NCBI RefSeq assembly: GCF_001194135.2
Contig: NC_068982.1
Span: forward strand, 133,557,883 to 133,621,882
Source: Octopus bimaculoides
Lineage: Eukaryota
DNA length: 64,000 nt
Direction of reading: 5' to 3'
The notes under the pieces are model-generated. The model did not search any database and was not told the DNA's origin. It was given only the letters and a program-made list of their open reading frames with translations. The position numbers were made by a program, and so were the translations under genes. Numbering within the stretch: the stretch's first letter is position 1; each line of letters opens with the position of its first letter. Positions 48,852-62,099 of the stretch are shown piece after piece.

Positions 48852-49260
48852 GCAGGTGTGACTGCGTGGTAAGATGTTTGCTATTAAATCAGATGGTTCA
48901 AGGTTCAATCCCACTGTGTGGCATCTTGGGTATGTGTTTTCTGCTATAGCTCCAGACTGACCGATGCCATGCGAGTGAATTTGGTCAACAGAAACTGAAA
49001 GAAGCTCATTGTCCGCGCGCGCGCGTGTGTGTGTGTGTGTGTGTGTGATCTCCATCATGAAAGTAGTGTCCTTTGTTCCAAATCTTTTGACACATGTCTG
49101 ATCATGAGGGAATATTATCTTACATGGAAACAGGTGAGGGTTGGCAACAGGAAGGGCATCCAGCTGTAGAAAATCCACATTTCAACAAAATTCCACCAAA
49201 CCCATGCAAGCTTGGAAAAGTGGAAGTTAAAACGATGATGATAATGCTGATGTTGATGAA
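48852..49260 (+). mobile_element. SINE with family-A head and RTE-derived 3' tail
   Basis: tRNA-like head; tail GGTTGGCAACAGGAAGGGCATCCAGCTGTAGAAA...AACCCATGCAAGCTTGGAAAAGTGGAAGTTAAAAC(GAT)n matches the RTE LINE tail. Confidence 0.8.
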
Positions 49261-49878
49261 ACTGATCCCATAGAGGAAAGGTCCTCTCTCGTTAGATTGT
49301 GGTGGTGAGATAAAATAGGCCGGTCAGCATTATTGTTTGCTTTAGTTTTTTGCTGTTTTTTTCCTTTTCCTAATTGTCTCTATTAGTTAATTATTCTTTT
49401 AAGACACAGTTCTCTCAGGCTGTGTTTAATTAACTCTGAACTTTAGATTTAATCATTCTTCTTAGAGGATGCTTCTGTTGATTTTTATTATTTATGTACA
49501 TTATTTATTCCATTTCATATTTATTTATTCAATTTGAATTATTTTCTGGAAACTGAATTGAGATTGTTTAGAAAAACACAATAACAACAACAACATCACT
49601 ATTCTTTCAAACACCCAGTCGTTTAAGCTCTTAATTTTAACTATTTATATTATTAAAACCTAAATCAATATTCTTCGGCAAATTTGAATCATTTAAATTC
49701 ATTTCAGCATATCAATAGATATATTTAGCACAACAGTTCAGAATTATAATTGATGCTAATACTTCACTCTAAGCTATTACATAATGTCTGTAATAATCAC
49801 AGCACACAATGTTAATGATGATAAAAACAATGACGACAACGATTTTATTGATAATGTTGATGACGATGATTATCGATA

Positions 49879-50000
49879 TGACAGTGATGATGATGGTGAT
49901 TTTGGACATGACAGTGATGATGATGATGATGTTTATGATTATGATGACATAATGGAAAAGAATTCAAGGTACCAGCATAAGTTATGGCTGTACTATTGAT
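49879..50000. repeat. Probable source of the inverted duplicate at 46227-46349
   Basis: Continuous with a longer GAT-rich tract (49810-49950), unlike the other copy. Confidence 0.85.
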
Positions 50001-52993
50001 TACGTTTCCGTAGGTTGCCAGACACACTGCTACTTCTTCACTGTTAATAAACTACTAACAATACAGTCTCATTATATAATAATCGAAATAAAAAAAGAAG
50101 GGAGGGGGGTCTCAATTGTTAGTTTGATATGCTTTATTGGCAGAAGTCATTATTCTTCGAATAATGAACATTTCTCACAATTATTAAGAGCATTTTAACT
50201 ACCTCACTTCTTTCTTTCACTCTCTCTTTCTCTCTCACTCATAAAAAAATTTCAATCTACAAAATGTCGGTGTAAATTGTAAAATAATAATAATAATAAT
50301 AATAATTTTGGAGTTATATATCTATATCTTAGCACAATGAAATAATAGTTTCTTACACAGATATCAATCACTCGATTAATAGAGTAGAGTGTCTAACTGT
50401 GAATGCACAAGTTCAAATTTTGGCTGAACACAATTTCCATTCCCATTGCGTTAATTTCTATGTAGAAAGGGGTGAACATTACAACATCCTATTCCTAATC
50501 TAAAAGTAAAACCTTGTGACTATGATTTATGAGACAGGAACTAAATCTAAAATTTGTCACAGGAGAATGAAACGAGAAGTTGCAATTTTCCAATGCGTCA
50601 GCAAAGTTAATGAAATCATTTAAACAAAGATATCGTATATATCCAGGTTTTAGAATAGGTATAACATTATACACTTGTATGTTGTAAGAGGCAACAGGGG
50701 AGTCATCTGACCATAAAACACTGCTTTAAAATGGGGTCCATTATGAATTTGTCATGGGTTCTGCAAAGGTAACTCTTATTTTATTAAGAAAAACTGCCTT
50801 GAAATGTTTGTCATTCAGACATTCAGAGTTGACCTGGTAAATAATGGAGGATTAAAATAAAGATTAACCATTAGACTACTGCACTTAAACAACTATGCTT
50901 TTCCTGGCAGACAAAATCCAATGACTTAAAGTGGAACATGACTTCAACCAGCATACCAACATAAAGGCGCACAAAATGTGTGCCTTAAATGCCATAAAAT
51001 AATTAATTATTTACACTTTGTTGAATTACAAAATCCTTTTCAAGGGAGACAAAGTTGCAATTGATAAAGGGGATCCCACTAAATTACTTGTATTATGTTC
51101 ACTCAGAAGGAGCAAAGTCAACATTGAATAAATAAACATGTGATACCAAAACTAAATGAGACAAATATTTAGTGTAGGCTAAACTGTTGCAAAAGATTTC
51201 TCATTCTTGTTTCTGTTAGGGAGGAAACACATAAATATTCATGTGGTTATCTTTTACTTTCATGTCAGTTCTGATTGAATAGACAACAAAACGATAATTA
51301 TTTTAAGCCCTTTCTCTCTACTGAAGTGGGTTTTTAGCCTTGTGGACCTCGTAATGAACTCATCATGGCTGCCTATTTGAGCAAATGTTTTACAACCAAA
51401 TACTAACTCCGCTCCCTCTTAAAACATGCAGGGATCTGGTGCTTTTATTCAGAAACCTGGATATACACACTATTTCTGACCAAGCAAGTCTATAATCACA
51501 AATGTTTCTGCTGTAAATCACCCCACTTTTATTTTCTCAGACACAGTGGAACTTGGGCTCCATTGTTCAATGTGTTTGTCTTTTTTTAAGACAGTTGGAT
51601 ATAACCTGAAAGATTTTGCTGTTGTTATCAGTAGGTTAAGTAATCACATACAGGCTCCCTGTTTGGCTTGAAATATTTATTTCATAGAGAGAGACAAAAT
51701 AAATGAATTGAAGTAGAAGGAAAAACAAGACTGTGACAGCCAAAGCTTTCTTCAATGCATTGGCAATATAAATAAATAATTGTAACTAAAATTGTAATTA
51801 GATTGTCAATTTCTCTTGTTATTAAAGCACAAGGCCTCAGATTTACAGTGGAATAGATGAGAAATGTTGTAACATTCATGGGTTTGTCAAATCACTAATA
51901 GTGAATGACTTGTACCAACAATGAAGTTTCTATGTGGTTGTTTGATGTGTTAGAAATAGCAGCCTATAACCTTTAAAAAAAAAAGAAGGACACATTAGAT
52001 AATGTGATGTATCACAGAGGGTAAAGTATACAATGCTTGAAAAAGAGGGATAGTCATGGCTGGAATGCTTTTGATCATGGGTTAGATTGATCAAGACTAA
52101 TCAACAATAACAGCAATGGGTGTGCAAATTGAAATAGCTACAACAAAGTATCACAATTGGGTCACAGATTTGACCCATTAGATTGGGGATCAACTCTAGG
52201 TTAAAATGTTGGTTTGTAATAAAGATTAGCTTTGTAAGAAAGACAACTATATTTGATTGAATGAATAAAAGCACACCTGTATATTTCATTAACCTCACAG
52301 GGGTAAAATTTCTGCCTAAGGGTAAGGGGATTGAAACACTAAAACCTAAAGAGATGAACTAAATATATATAGAAACCTAGTCATATTTATGACCCCCATC
52401 CTTTCAACAGAATAAATAATAGGTTATTTTGATTAAGTATAGGTAAATTTTCAGGGAAGTAAAGTCAACTGAATTGATAACTATTACTTATTTTACTGAT
52501 GTCTCAGATTGGTTGACAAAGCTGGTCCTTGCAGAATTTACAACCCACCTCAGTTCTACAATACAAACTTCTGGTTTTAAAGTGATCTAAATTAAAACCA
52601 TCCATCAAAATTTCATGTTAATTTTTATGTTCCAAGCACTAGCTTAATAATAACAAAGTTATTTTACTATTCAGCAAAATAACTCAATCTTCAATATCCT
52701 CAAAATTAATTGAAACAAAGACTGTGTTTTCAACAGGAAAATGGAGTCAGAAGAATTAAACACAAAACCAAAACTAAATGCTATTTTGCATTTTCTTTTA
52801 TCCCTCTACAGTATCTGTTATATCGACTTCAATATACAGCTCTGAATATTAAGAACATCAATACATACAGACACATACAAACATGCTTGAATGAGAGGAA
52901 TGAAAATAAAATAAAAATACACAGTGACTTAATAAAGAACATAAATGTATCCTTCTATTTTTGTTTTTGAAGTTGTCAAAGAAATCTACTTAC

Positions 52994-53153
52994 TGTCTTC
53001 AACATAACAAGGAAGCCCATTCAACTTCATCAAACGAGCAACCAAACTTTCAAGCTTCTGACTTGAAGGAATGGTTATATTGGCACACATTGTTGACTCA
53101 GATGCCCCATTGGAATACACAAATTTGAACTGTTTTTCAATAGTCCGATGCAT
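52994..53153 (-). CDS. C12orf4: First coding exon of a C12orf4/FERRY3-like gene (FERRY complex subunit)
   Basis: Acceptor TTTTTTTCTTTTTCCAG (exon starts 53157), ATG at 53153, donor A|GTAAGTAG after 52994 (53 codons + 1 nt, phase 1). Peptide MHRTIEKQFKFVYSNGASESTMCANITIPSSQKLESLVARLMKLNGLPCYVED aligns without gaps to the human C12orf4 N-terminus as I recall it (EREFVYKFKVG...[25 protein letters not shown]). Needs BLAST confirmation. Confidence 0.8.
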
Positions 53154-53989
53154 GTTTCTGGAAAAAGAAAAAAAGCAATGTTAAAAGAAAATTAAAACAA
53201 ACATAAATATAAATTTGAAAGAAACACAAAATTACAGAGGCTGAGTTTCCTTTCCAATGCTAGAAAACCCTTCAGATTTGAAAAGTAGCTGACACATAAG
53301 AATGTAACTAAGTTCATTACAGTACTATTGCTCACATATCTAGGATGTAACCCTACACACCTAGCAGAAGATAAATGTTCTGAAAATATAAAAAAATACC
53401 AACTCATTTGACAAATCTCAACCACAGGTACTTAGGATCCTTATGGTTTGCCTTACCTAAGTTGATTTCAAAATGTAGCAAGAATGAATGTATCAGTAGT
53501 AGAGGAGGTAATGAAAATATGTCTCAACAATATGCCTGTGGTTATAGTGTACCCCCCACCATCATTGTCTAACATCCATTTTCTATGCTGGTATGGTTTG
53601 GATGGTTTGATAAGAACTGTCAAGCCACAAGACTGCATCAAGCTGTGATGTCTGCTTAGGTTTCTACAGCTGGATAGTCTTCCTAATAGCAACCACTTCA
53701 CAGAATGTACAGAGTGTTTTTTTATATATATATATATGTATATAATCAATATAAGACTTAATTTATTAAACAAAATTCAATAAATTTCATCAAATAAATG
53801 AAATGAAGTAGATTAGATGCTAAAATGGATTTTCCTTGTATTTCATATTCCCAGACAATTGTTTCGAACAAAAAGACCAAGATTTTCATAAAGAGAACAT
53901 CATAAAGGTCGAATGTGTACTCTTCAGTAGGTGAGATTTAAAGAAAATAAAAATAATCATAGAAATTTTTCTTAGTTACAAATTGACCT

Positions 53990-54305
53990 CTAGGACTTAT
54001 TCTTTGTAAGCCTAGTACTTATTCTATCGATCTCTTTTACTGAACCGCTAAGTTATGGGAACATAAACACACCAACATCGGTTGTCAAGTGATAGTGGGG
54101 GGACAAACACAGACACAAACATATACACACACATACATACATATATATATAACGAGCTTCTTTCAGTTTCCGTCTACCAAATCCACTCACAAGGCTTTGG
54201 TTGGCCTGAAGCTATAGTAAAAGGCACTTGCCCAAGGTACCACGCAGTGGGAATGAACCCGGAACCATGTAGTTGGTAAGCAAGCTACTTACCACACAGC
54301 CATGC
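53990..54305 (-). mobile_element. Family 'A' SINE, well-preserved, tail truncated
   Basis: High similarity to 5065-5379. Confidence 0.85.
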
Positions 54306-54326
54306 CTGCACCTATCTATCTATCTA

Positions 54327-54366
<40 letters not shown>

Positions 54367-56081
54367 CATACATGCACACATGATGGGTTTCTTTCAGTTT
54401 TCACCTTCCAAATCCATTCACAAGGCTTGGTTGGTTTGGGGCTATAGTAGAAGACTGCATAGCCCAAGGTGCTATCCAGTGGGACTGAACCCAAAACCAT
54501 GTAGATAAGAAGTAAACTTCAGTAACTACACAGCCAATTATTGATATCTTTTTATATAGGCACTCAACCTCATACATTGAATGTCTTTAGCTGAGAATTG
54601 AAACTGGGTTATGGTTTTTGTTTACCTGCTACTAACTTCTACTGAATTATGTTTCAATCTGCCTGGCATATGACTATTGATAACCAATAACGGTTCTGAT
54701 TATATTATTGCATAACTTAATTCCAGTTCCTAACTGGAATAATTTTATTTCATGAAATACATGAACATCATAAGATTCTATTTACATAAAAAAAAAAAAA
54801 AATGATTTCATACCCTCACAGAATAGTTACCAATGGCATCATAGATTTAGCCAAATAAAGCAAAATGTAGGTTCTGAAACAATTTCACATGATACAATGA
54901 ATAACATTGTAATTAAAATAATTTTTACAATATCTTATTTTTGATTTTAATTAAAATTCAAGATTTACTTTTAAAACTGTGCTTTTTATTTTTTTTTAAT
55001 TTGAGCATTATGTTTAACATGTTTTATTCCAATCTATATTTCATTAATGAATTATTTCAGATTTCTATTAGGTATATTGCTATATATATTTTTTACCTCT
55101 GTATTTCTACATCTCCAAAAGAAAAAAAGTATTCTGACAAACAACAGTTTTGTTTGTAACATAACAAATTAAGCTAAATAAAATAAAATAAAAGAAAAAA
55201 GCAAACAAGTCATTTATGGCAGGTGAGCTAGTGAAACTTTAATTGGAAGATGACAGATTTGAAACAAAATCAGGTGAAAGATAACAACAAAGACAAAAAG
55301 GAGGCATTCAAATTGTCTTTGCAATAATTGTAGGTCGCAATCCAAATAATTTCACATCTTGTGCATTTTTATTTATTCTTGTTTCTTTCAACTTACAAAA
55401 TCTATACAGAGTGGAATACCATCACCACCGCCGCTGCCACCATATACAAGTACGTAATCATTGTGGTTTGTTAATATTACTGTCCTAGACAAGAATTTAT
55501 TTGATTCCTTTCTTCTAGGCTAGTGTCAAGCTGACACAGTTTTCTGTAGGCAGTGAAGAAGCTAGAAAGCTTTAAGAATATTTATTCTCTGTATCATTCC
55601 AATTTTAGTATGTATACTGCAGAAGCAAGTATAGAAAGCTTTAAGTATAATCACAGTTCGACAGTGAGATTTTATGATCTCACCGAGATACTCCAACAGG
55701 AAAGCTGACAAGTTAAATAGGTGATGACAATAAATGTTATATACATAATGATCTTAGGCGTCATATTTTTTTTTGAAGTTATTTTAGAGGTTTTACAGAT
55801 ATATTGAGAAGATAGCTTTAAACTATTTCAACATTAGCATATGTGTGTGTGTGTCTATAAACTGGAAATTTTTTAAATATTTATTACAGTAACGAGTCTG
55901 GTCTGGGTTAGGGTGTACAAAGTCCATGAACACTACCTTTCCTCTTCTGACTAATTAACGATTTCTAATGTAGACAGGTCACGCAATTAGTGGAAACGAA
56001 TGTAATTGATTTGATCAGCCCCAGTACTTGACTGGTACTTTAATCTATCACCCTTAGAAGGCATACTTGACTGATTAATTA

Positions 56082-56116
<35 letters not shown>

Positions 56117-56179
56117 CACTACCACCACTACCACCACCACCACCACCACCACCACCACCTCCACCACCATCAATAATAA

Positions 56180-56615
56180 GGATAATCCTTTCTACTATAG
56201 GCACAAGGCCTGAAATTTTGGGAGAGGGGACTAATCGATTACATTGACTTCAGTGAGTAACTGGTACTTAATTTATCAACCCCAAAAGGATGAAATGCAA
56301 AGTCAACCCCAGATGAAAAGCCTCTAAACATTTCATCCAGCATGCTAATGATTCTGCCAGCCTGCCACCTTAAAAATAATAATAATAATAATAATAATCT
56401 TTTCTATTATAGACACAAGACCTGAAATTTGTGGGGAGGTGGAGTAAGTCGATTACATCGACTCCAGTGCGTAACTGGTACTTATTTAATCGACCCCTGA
56501 AAGGATGGAAGGCAAAGTCGACCTCGGCAGAACTTGAACTCAGAACGTAGTAGCAGAGGAAATACTACTAAGCATTTCGCCTGACGTGCTAATGATTCTG
56601 CCAGCTCGCCACCTT
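56180..56615 (-). mobile_element. Two tandem family 'B' SINEs separated by (AAT)n
   Basis: Units at about 56180-56370 and 56400-56615; another copy at 57200-57400. Confidence 0.8.
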
Positions 56616-56659
56616 TGAATATTATTATTATTCATAATAATAATAATAATAATAATAAT

Positions 56660-56835
56660 AATGCAACTTAGAAATATCTATATATAACATACAGAAAATA
56701 GCATTGCTAGGCACCACATACAACTTTAAATATAGTAAAAACATAACAGTACTATAACAAACCACAGCTCATCCTAGGGTGCACTGAGCTGCACTTTGTA
56801 GTGCAGTGAAGTACTATAAAAATAAGACAACTGAA
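56660..56835 (+). mobile_element. 3' end of a HERO/NeSL-like (RLE) non-LTR retrotransposon
   Basis: IYNIQKIALLGTT resembles the IQK.ALLGTAHILR terminus, followed by a short 3' UTR. Confidence 0.55.
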
Positions 56836-56871
56836 TGATCATGGTAATAAATTTCTTTGATATCCACTCTT

Positions 56872-57095
56872 GTATCACATATGTGCAATACCATATTATA
56901 GTAGAGTAGATATCAAAGAAATTGAGAAAATTGCAAAATATTAGGAGCTAGCCAGAGAAATGGAGAGAATGTAGAACACAAAAGCGACAGTTGTTCCTGA
57001 GGTAATTGGTACACTTGGTACAACGCTCAAACTGACCTAAGAGGCTGAAGGATATTGGAACTAGTCTTAACACCAACTTGAACTTCTAACTTGTT
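56872..57095 (+). mobile_element. HERO-like restriction-like endonuclease domain fragment
   Basis: SRVDIKEIEKIAKY*ELAREMERM*NTKATVVPEVIGTLGTT matches the K..KY..L..E...LW...VVPVVIGALG pattern. Confidence 0.75.
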
Positions 57096-58570
57096 GTTTC
57101 TGGGTGAGACTTGGAGTCAACTTGTACAAATACAAAGCAAAAGGTAAACATACAATAATAATAATGATAATAATAATAATAATGATGATGATAATAATAA
57201 AGGTTTCAAATTTTGACACAAGACCAGCAATTTCAGAAGAGGGACCTCAGTGCTCAACTTTTACTTATATTATCGACCCTGAAAGGATAAAAAGCAAAGT
57301 TGACTGCGATGGAATTTGAACTTAGAACCTAAGGACAGACGAAACGCCGCTATGCATTTTGCCCAGCATGCTAATAATTTTGCCCGCTCGCCACCTTAAT
57401 AGCAAAAATAATAATAATAATAATAATAATAATGATAGCTGTACTTGAGTGGCTAAAAGATGATCGAAAGATGAATAAGTTGATGTAGTAACAGTTGGTA
57501 AGGAATTGTGAGCCTGATGTCATGTGCACTTACCTCTCAGGCTCCCTTTTGACTTGTGAATAGCAAATTTAAAGAAAGACTTTCAAATCCAGTGGGGTTT
57601 TTTTTGTCAAGAGAGAGGGTAGTGCCCAAGAACCTTTACAGGGCCTCCATGACTGGTGAAAGAGGAGATAGTATTCTCAAATTAGAGATCTGAGCTGAAT
57701 GCTTGCAACAGACTAGGCTCCACTACAAGCACCAAAGGTGCCAGGTGGTGGTATTAAACCAGGTGATGGATGAAGTCTATCACCAAAGTAAGCCAAGGCA
57801 GGCTTGAACACAGAACTGAAAGAACTGGAACAAATAAAGCAAATTATCTGGCCTGATGTTCTTAGATTTCTGCCAATTCACTGCTCTGGGCTGGTACTTT
57901 TTTTATTGACTCCTAAAGGATGAAAGGCCAAGTCAACCTTGGCAAGATTTGAACTTAGAGCACAGAGGGTTAAAACAAATACTTCAAGGTATTCTATCTG
58001 ATGTTCTAACAACTCTGCCAATTTGGTATTTATATGCTTGAGCTTATAGATTTCCTTCAACTAAATGCCAACATAATAACTGATATAAACTGGCACTCCA
58101 CTGGTTACAACAATGGGGCTTCCAGTTGATCCGATCAATGGAACAGCTTGTGTGTGAAATTAACATGCAAGTGGCTGAGCACTCCACAGACACACATACC
58201 CTTAACATAGCTCTCAGGGAGACTCAGTGTGACACAGAATATGACAAGGCTGGCCCTTTGAATTACAGGTGCAACTCATTTTTACCAGCTGAATGGACAA
58301 GAGCAATTTGAAATAAAGTGTCTTACCCAAGCACATGACAAACTGCTAGGAATCAAACTCATGACCTTATAATTATAATCTGAATACCCTAACCATTAAG
58401 TCATGTGTCTTCAGAGCAATAGGATGATGTCCATCTTTTTCATTACCCCTGCCATTGTTAGGGTATTAGATACATGTCTAAGGAACAAGCAGTGAAATCA
58501 ACTGCAAAATGAAATTCTTAACCACATACACCTCCATATATGGAATAAATTTCACAGAAAAAGTCTTAGG

Positions 58571-58890
58571 ACCCCCTTCAGTCATGACTGACCATGGGAT
58601 TGCACCTAGAAAGTTGCCCTCCCAGGCACAAGTCCGGGCAAGGTTGTTTATGGAATACCAGCAGTTGCCCATGCATACCGGCCTCCCCTCTCCATGCCAC
58701 CAGTGTTATCCAAGGGAAAGGCAAAGGCCAATACAGCTTGGCAACTCTGACGTCGTAACTCATTTCTAAACTGGAGCAACGTGAAATAAAGTGTCTTGCT
58801 CAAGAACACAACACACAGCCCGGTCCGGGATTCGAACTCACAACCTCACGATAGTAAGCTCGACGCTCTATTCACTAAGCCATGTGCCTT
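58571..58890 (-). mobile_element. tRNA-derived SINE, family 'D' (my label)
   Basis: Head AAGGCACATGGCTTAGTGAATAGAGCGTCGAGC..GGTTGTGAGTTCGAATCCCGG (A/B boxes), core GTGTTCTTGAGCAAGACACTTTATTTCACGTTGCTCCAG. Confidence 0.85.
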
Positions 58891-60362
58891 CATACAGAAA
58901 AAGTATTGCTCTCTAAACAAAGTATTTATACAAAAGCTTGAATTTCAGATTCCTTTAACTGAATGCTAGCATATGAAAACTTGTAACAGTTCACACATAG
59001 GTCTAGGTATATCTGGAGCACATATAGAGCCTTGCAGCTGTGCCATATACAGGAAATGACAATGTCACTAGGCGTTTAAGTATAAAATACCCAATAGTTA
59101 CCAACGATTGCAGTTAGTTATTTTTGTATGAGATCCACTGTACTAAATGGGTTTGAAGTTTCGGTTACTTCAGACACAAGAACTGTATTATATTACACAT
59201 ACCTATACCAAATAAGAAAAAGCTGAAGTCTGTCAATTGCTGTTTACTTATTAATAGTTTCCATTTTATAAATTATGACAGCTTGTAAGAAATAGGAAAT
59301 TTATCTGTTATTCACAACAGTGACAAAGTCTTAACAGTGTGCAAGCCATTAAGCCCACAGGTGTGTGGTGTAAGTAGTTAAAAAGTTATGTACAGAATCT
59401 TATTATATGGTAGGCTTCAATATCATCTTATAAATGGCACATGTGTGAATAACATCCATTTTTTCTTCAGCATATTTATAAGCAAGACACAAAATGTGAA
59501 AAGGATAAAAAGTGTGTCACTGAATTTGAGAATTCTTCAAACCGACAAAGTAGAACATATAATAAAATAGTTAGTATTCTCACACAGAATATTAACACTG
59601 TTGAAGCCATCTCCTAACATTTAGTGTATACATCACTCTTCTACGCACACATTCAAAGGCTGTAGAATGACTGAATTCATACAGAATCATTTTTTCTTTT
59701 ACCTTTTACTTGTTTCAGTCATTTGACTGTGGCCATGCTGGGGTACCACCTTGGAAAAATTTTAGTCAAATAAATCGACCCCAGTACTTATTTTTTTTAA
59801 GCCTGATACTTACGGTCAGTCTCTTTTGCCAAACCGTTAAATTACAGGGACATAAACACACCAACACCACTTATCAAGCGGTGGTAAGGAAGACACACAG
59901 ACATACATATATACATTGGGCAGCTTTCAGTTTCTGTCAACCAAATCCACCAATGAGGCCTTGGCCAGCCTGAGACGATAATAGAGATTAACAGAAATCC
60001 TCCATAATACACCATCATAAACATCAACAGAATACAGATTTCAGCTTTCACTATGTAGTCACAAAAATGTAAAATAACCCTGCTTTTGTAAAAATTATAC
60101 ATACATATGCTAAATATCCTAAGTGACAAAAACATTCTGCTTAAAGTAACAGCTAAATAACTCTCAACAAACACCTATCATATTTAAAATGGTGACCATA
60201 TGAAGTGTTCTGCAAATTCTGCAAATCATAATAGTAAATAGTAATTTTTCTTTTAACATTTGCTATAGCGTTAAACTAATACATTCTTTTGTTGTTTACA
60301 CCACCTGTCCTCGTCTGTTGTTGTTTTTTTCGTAAATTCTCCCATATATATATATATATATA

Positions 60363-60517
60363 TGGAGTGGCTGTGTGGTAAGTAGCTTGCTTACTAACCA
60401 CATGGTTTTGGGTTCAGTCCCACTGTGTGGCACCTTGGTCAAGTGTCTTCTGCTATAGCCTCAGGCCAACCAAAGCCTTGTGAGTGGATTTTGCAGACGA
60501 AAACTGAAAAAAGCCAG

Positions 60518-60558
<41 letters not shown>

Positions 60559-61200
60559 NNNNNNNNNNNNNNNNNNNNNNNNNNNNNNNNNNNNNNNNNN
60601 NNNNNNNNNNNNNNNNNNNNNNNNNNNNNNNNNNNNNNNNNNNNNNNNNNNNNNNNNNNNNNNNNNNNNNNNNNNNNNNNNNNNNNNNNNNNNNNNNNNN
60701 NNNNNNNNNNNNNNNNNNNNNNNNNNNNNNNNNNNNNNNNNNNNNNNNNNNNNNNNNNNNNNNNNNNNNNNNNNNNNNNNNNNNNNNNNNNNNNNNNNNN
60801 NNNNNNNNNNNNNNNNNNNNNNNNNNNNNNNNNNNNNNNNNNNNNNNNNNNNNNNNNNNNNNNNNNNNNNNNNNNNNNNNNNNNNNNNNNNNNNNNNNNN
60901 NNNNNNNNNNNNNNNNNNNNNNNNNNNNNNNNNNNNNNNNNNNNNNNNNNNATATATATATATATATATATATACATATGTATGTATGTGTGTGTATATG
61001 TTTGTCTTCCCCACCACATCGCTTAACAACTGATGCTGGTGTGTTTACATCCCTGTAACTTAGCGGTTTGGCAAAAGAGATTGATAGATAAATACTAGGC
61101 TAACAAACAATAAGTCTTGGAGTGGATTTGCTCAACTAAATGTGGTGCTCCAGCATGGCCACAGTCAAATGACTGAAACACGTAAAAGAATAAAAGAATA
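60363..61200 (+). mobile_element. Family 'A' SINE with an expanded central (TA)n containing a gap
   Basis: Head 60363-60520, (TA)n on both sides of the N-run, tail 61000-61200. Confidence 0.85.
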
Positions 61201-61395
61201 TATATATATACTTTTTTTATAGAAACTGCAAAAACATCACAAAACTGTTTCTGTTTGTCAGACATTTGTGAGTCTTGGCCATTACTGTCCGACAAATGGA
61301 AATGTGTAACTCTGAGTAACAGCTTTGTGATGTTTTTGCAGCTTCAGTATTCAAGGACTACTTTTTTCCACCTTGTTTTGCAATTTGTGCTTACT

Positions 61396-61434
<39 letters not shown>

Positions 61435-61439
61435 CACAC

Positions 61440-61945
61440 ATCATTAGGCGACACGCCATGCTTGAGGAGACCTATTGAGTCAAGTAAAATCAAGAATCAA
61501 ATCACAATCAAAAATGGAAATTGTGGTTGTGGCCGATGCCAGTGCTGCCTGGCTGGCTTTTGTGCTGGTGATATGCAATAAGCACCATTCATGCGTGGGT
61601 CGTTGCCAATGCTGCCTGACTGGCTTCCTGTGCCGGTGACATGTTAAAAACACCATCCAAACATGGTCGATGCCAGCACCCCCACCTCAACTGGCTCCTG
61701 CGTCGGTAGCATGTAAAAAGCACCATCTGAACGTGGCAGATGCCAGTGCCACCTGAGTGGAATGTAAAAAGCACCTACTACATTCTTGGAGTGGTTGGCG
61801 TTAGGAAGGGCATCCAGCTGCAGAAACATTGCCAGAACAGATTGGAGCCTGGTGCAGCTTCCTGGCTTGCCAGTCTCCAGTCAAAACGTGAAACCCATGC
61901 CAGTGTGGAAAATGGACATTAAACGACCATGATGATGATGACGTC
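61440..61945 (+). mobile_element. RTE LINE 3' UTR with about four tandem GCCAGTG...GGTGGCAC units
   Basis: Repeated units at about 61530-61760, followed by the standard tail and (GAT)n. Confidence 0.8.
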
Positions 61946-62099
61946 CATTCAACAGGATTCTTTCAGTTTCTGTCTCCAAAACCCAAAGACTCTGGCTAAC
62001 CTGGGGCTATAGCAGAACACGCCCAAAGTGGAACTGAACGAGAAGCTATGTGGTTAGAAAGTAACCTTCTGGACTACACAGCAATGCAATAGTTATGGG

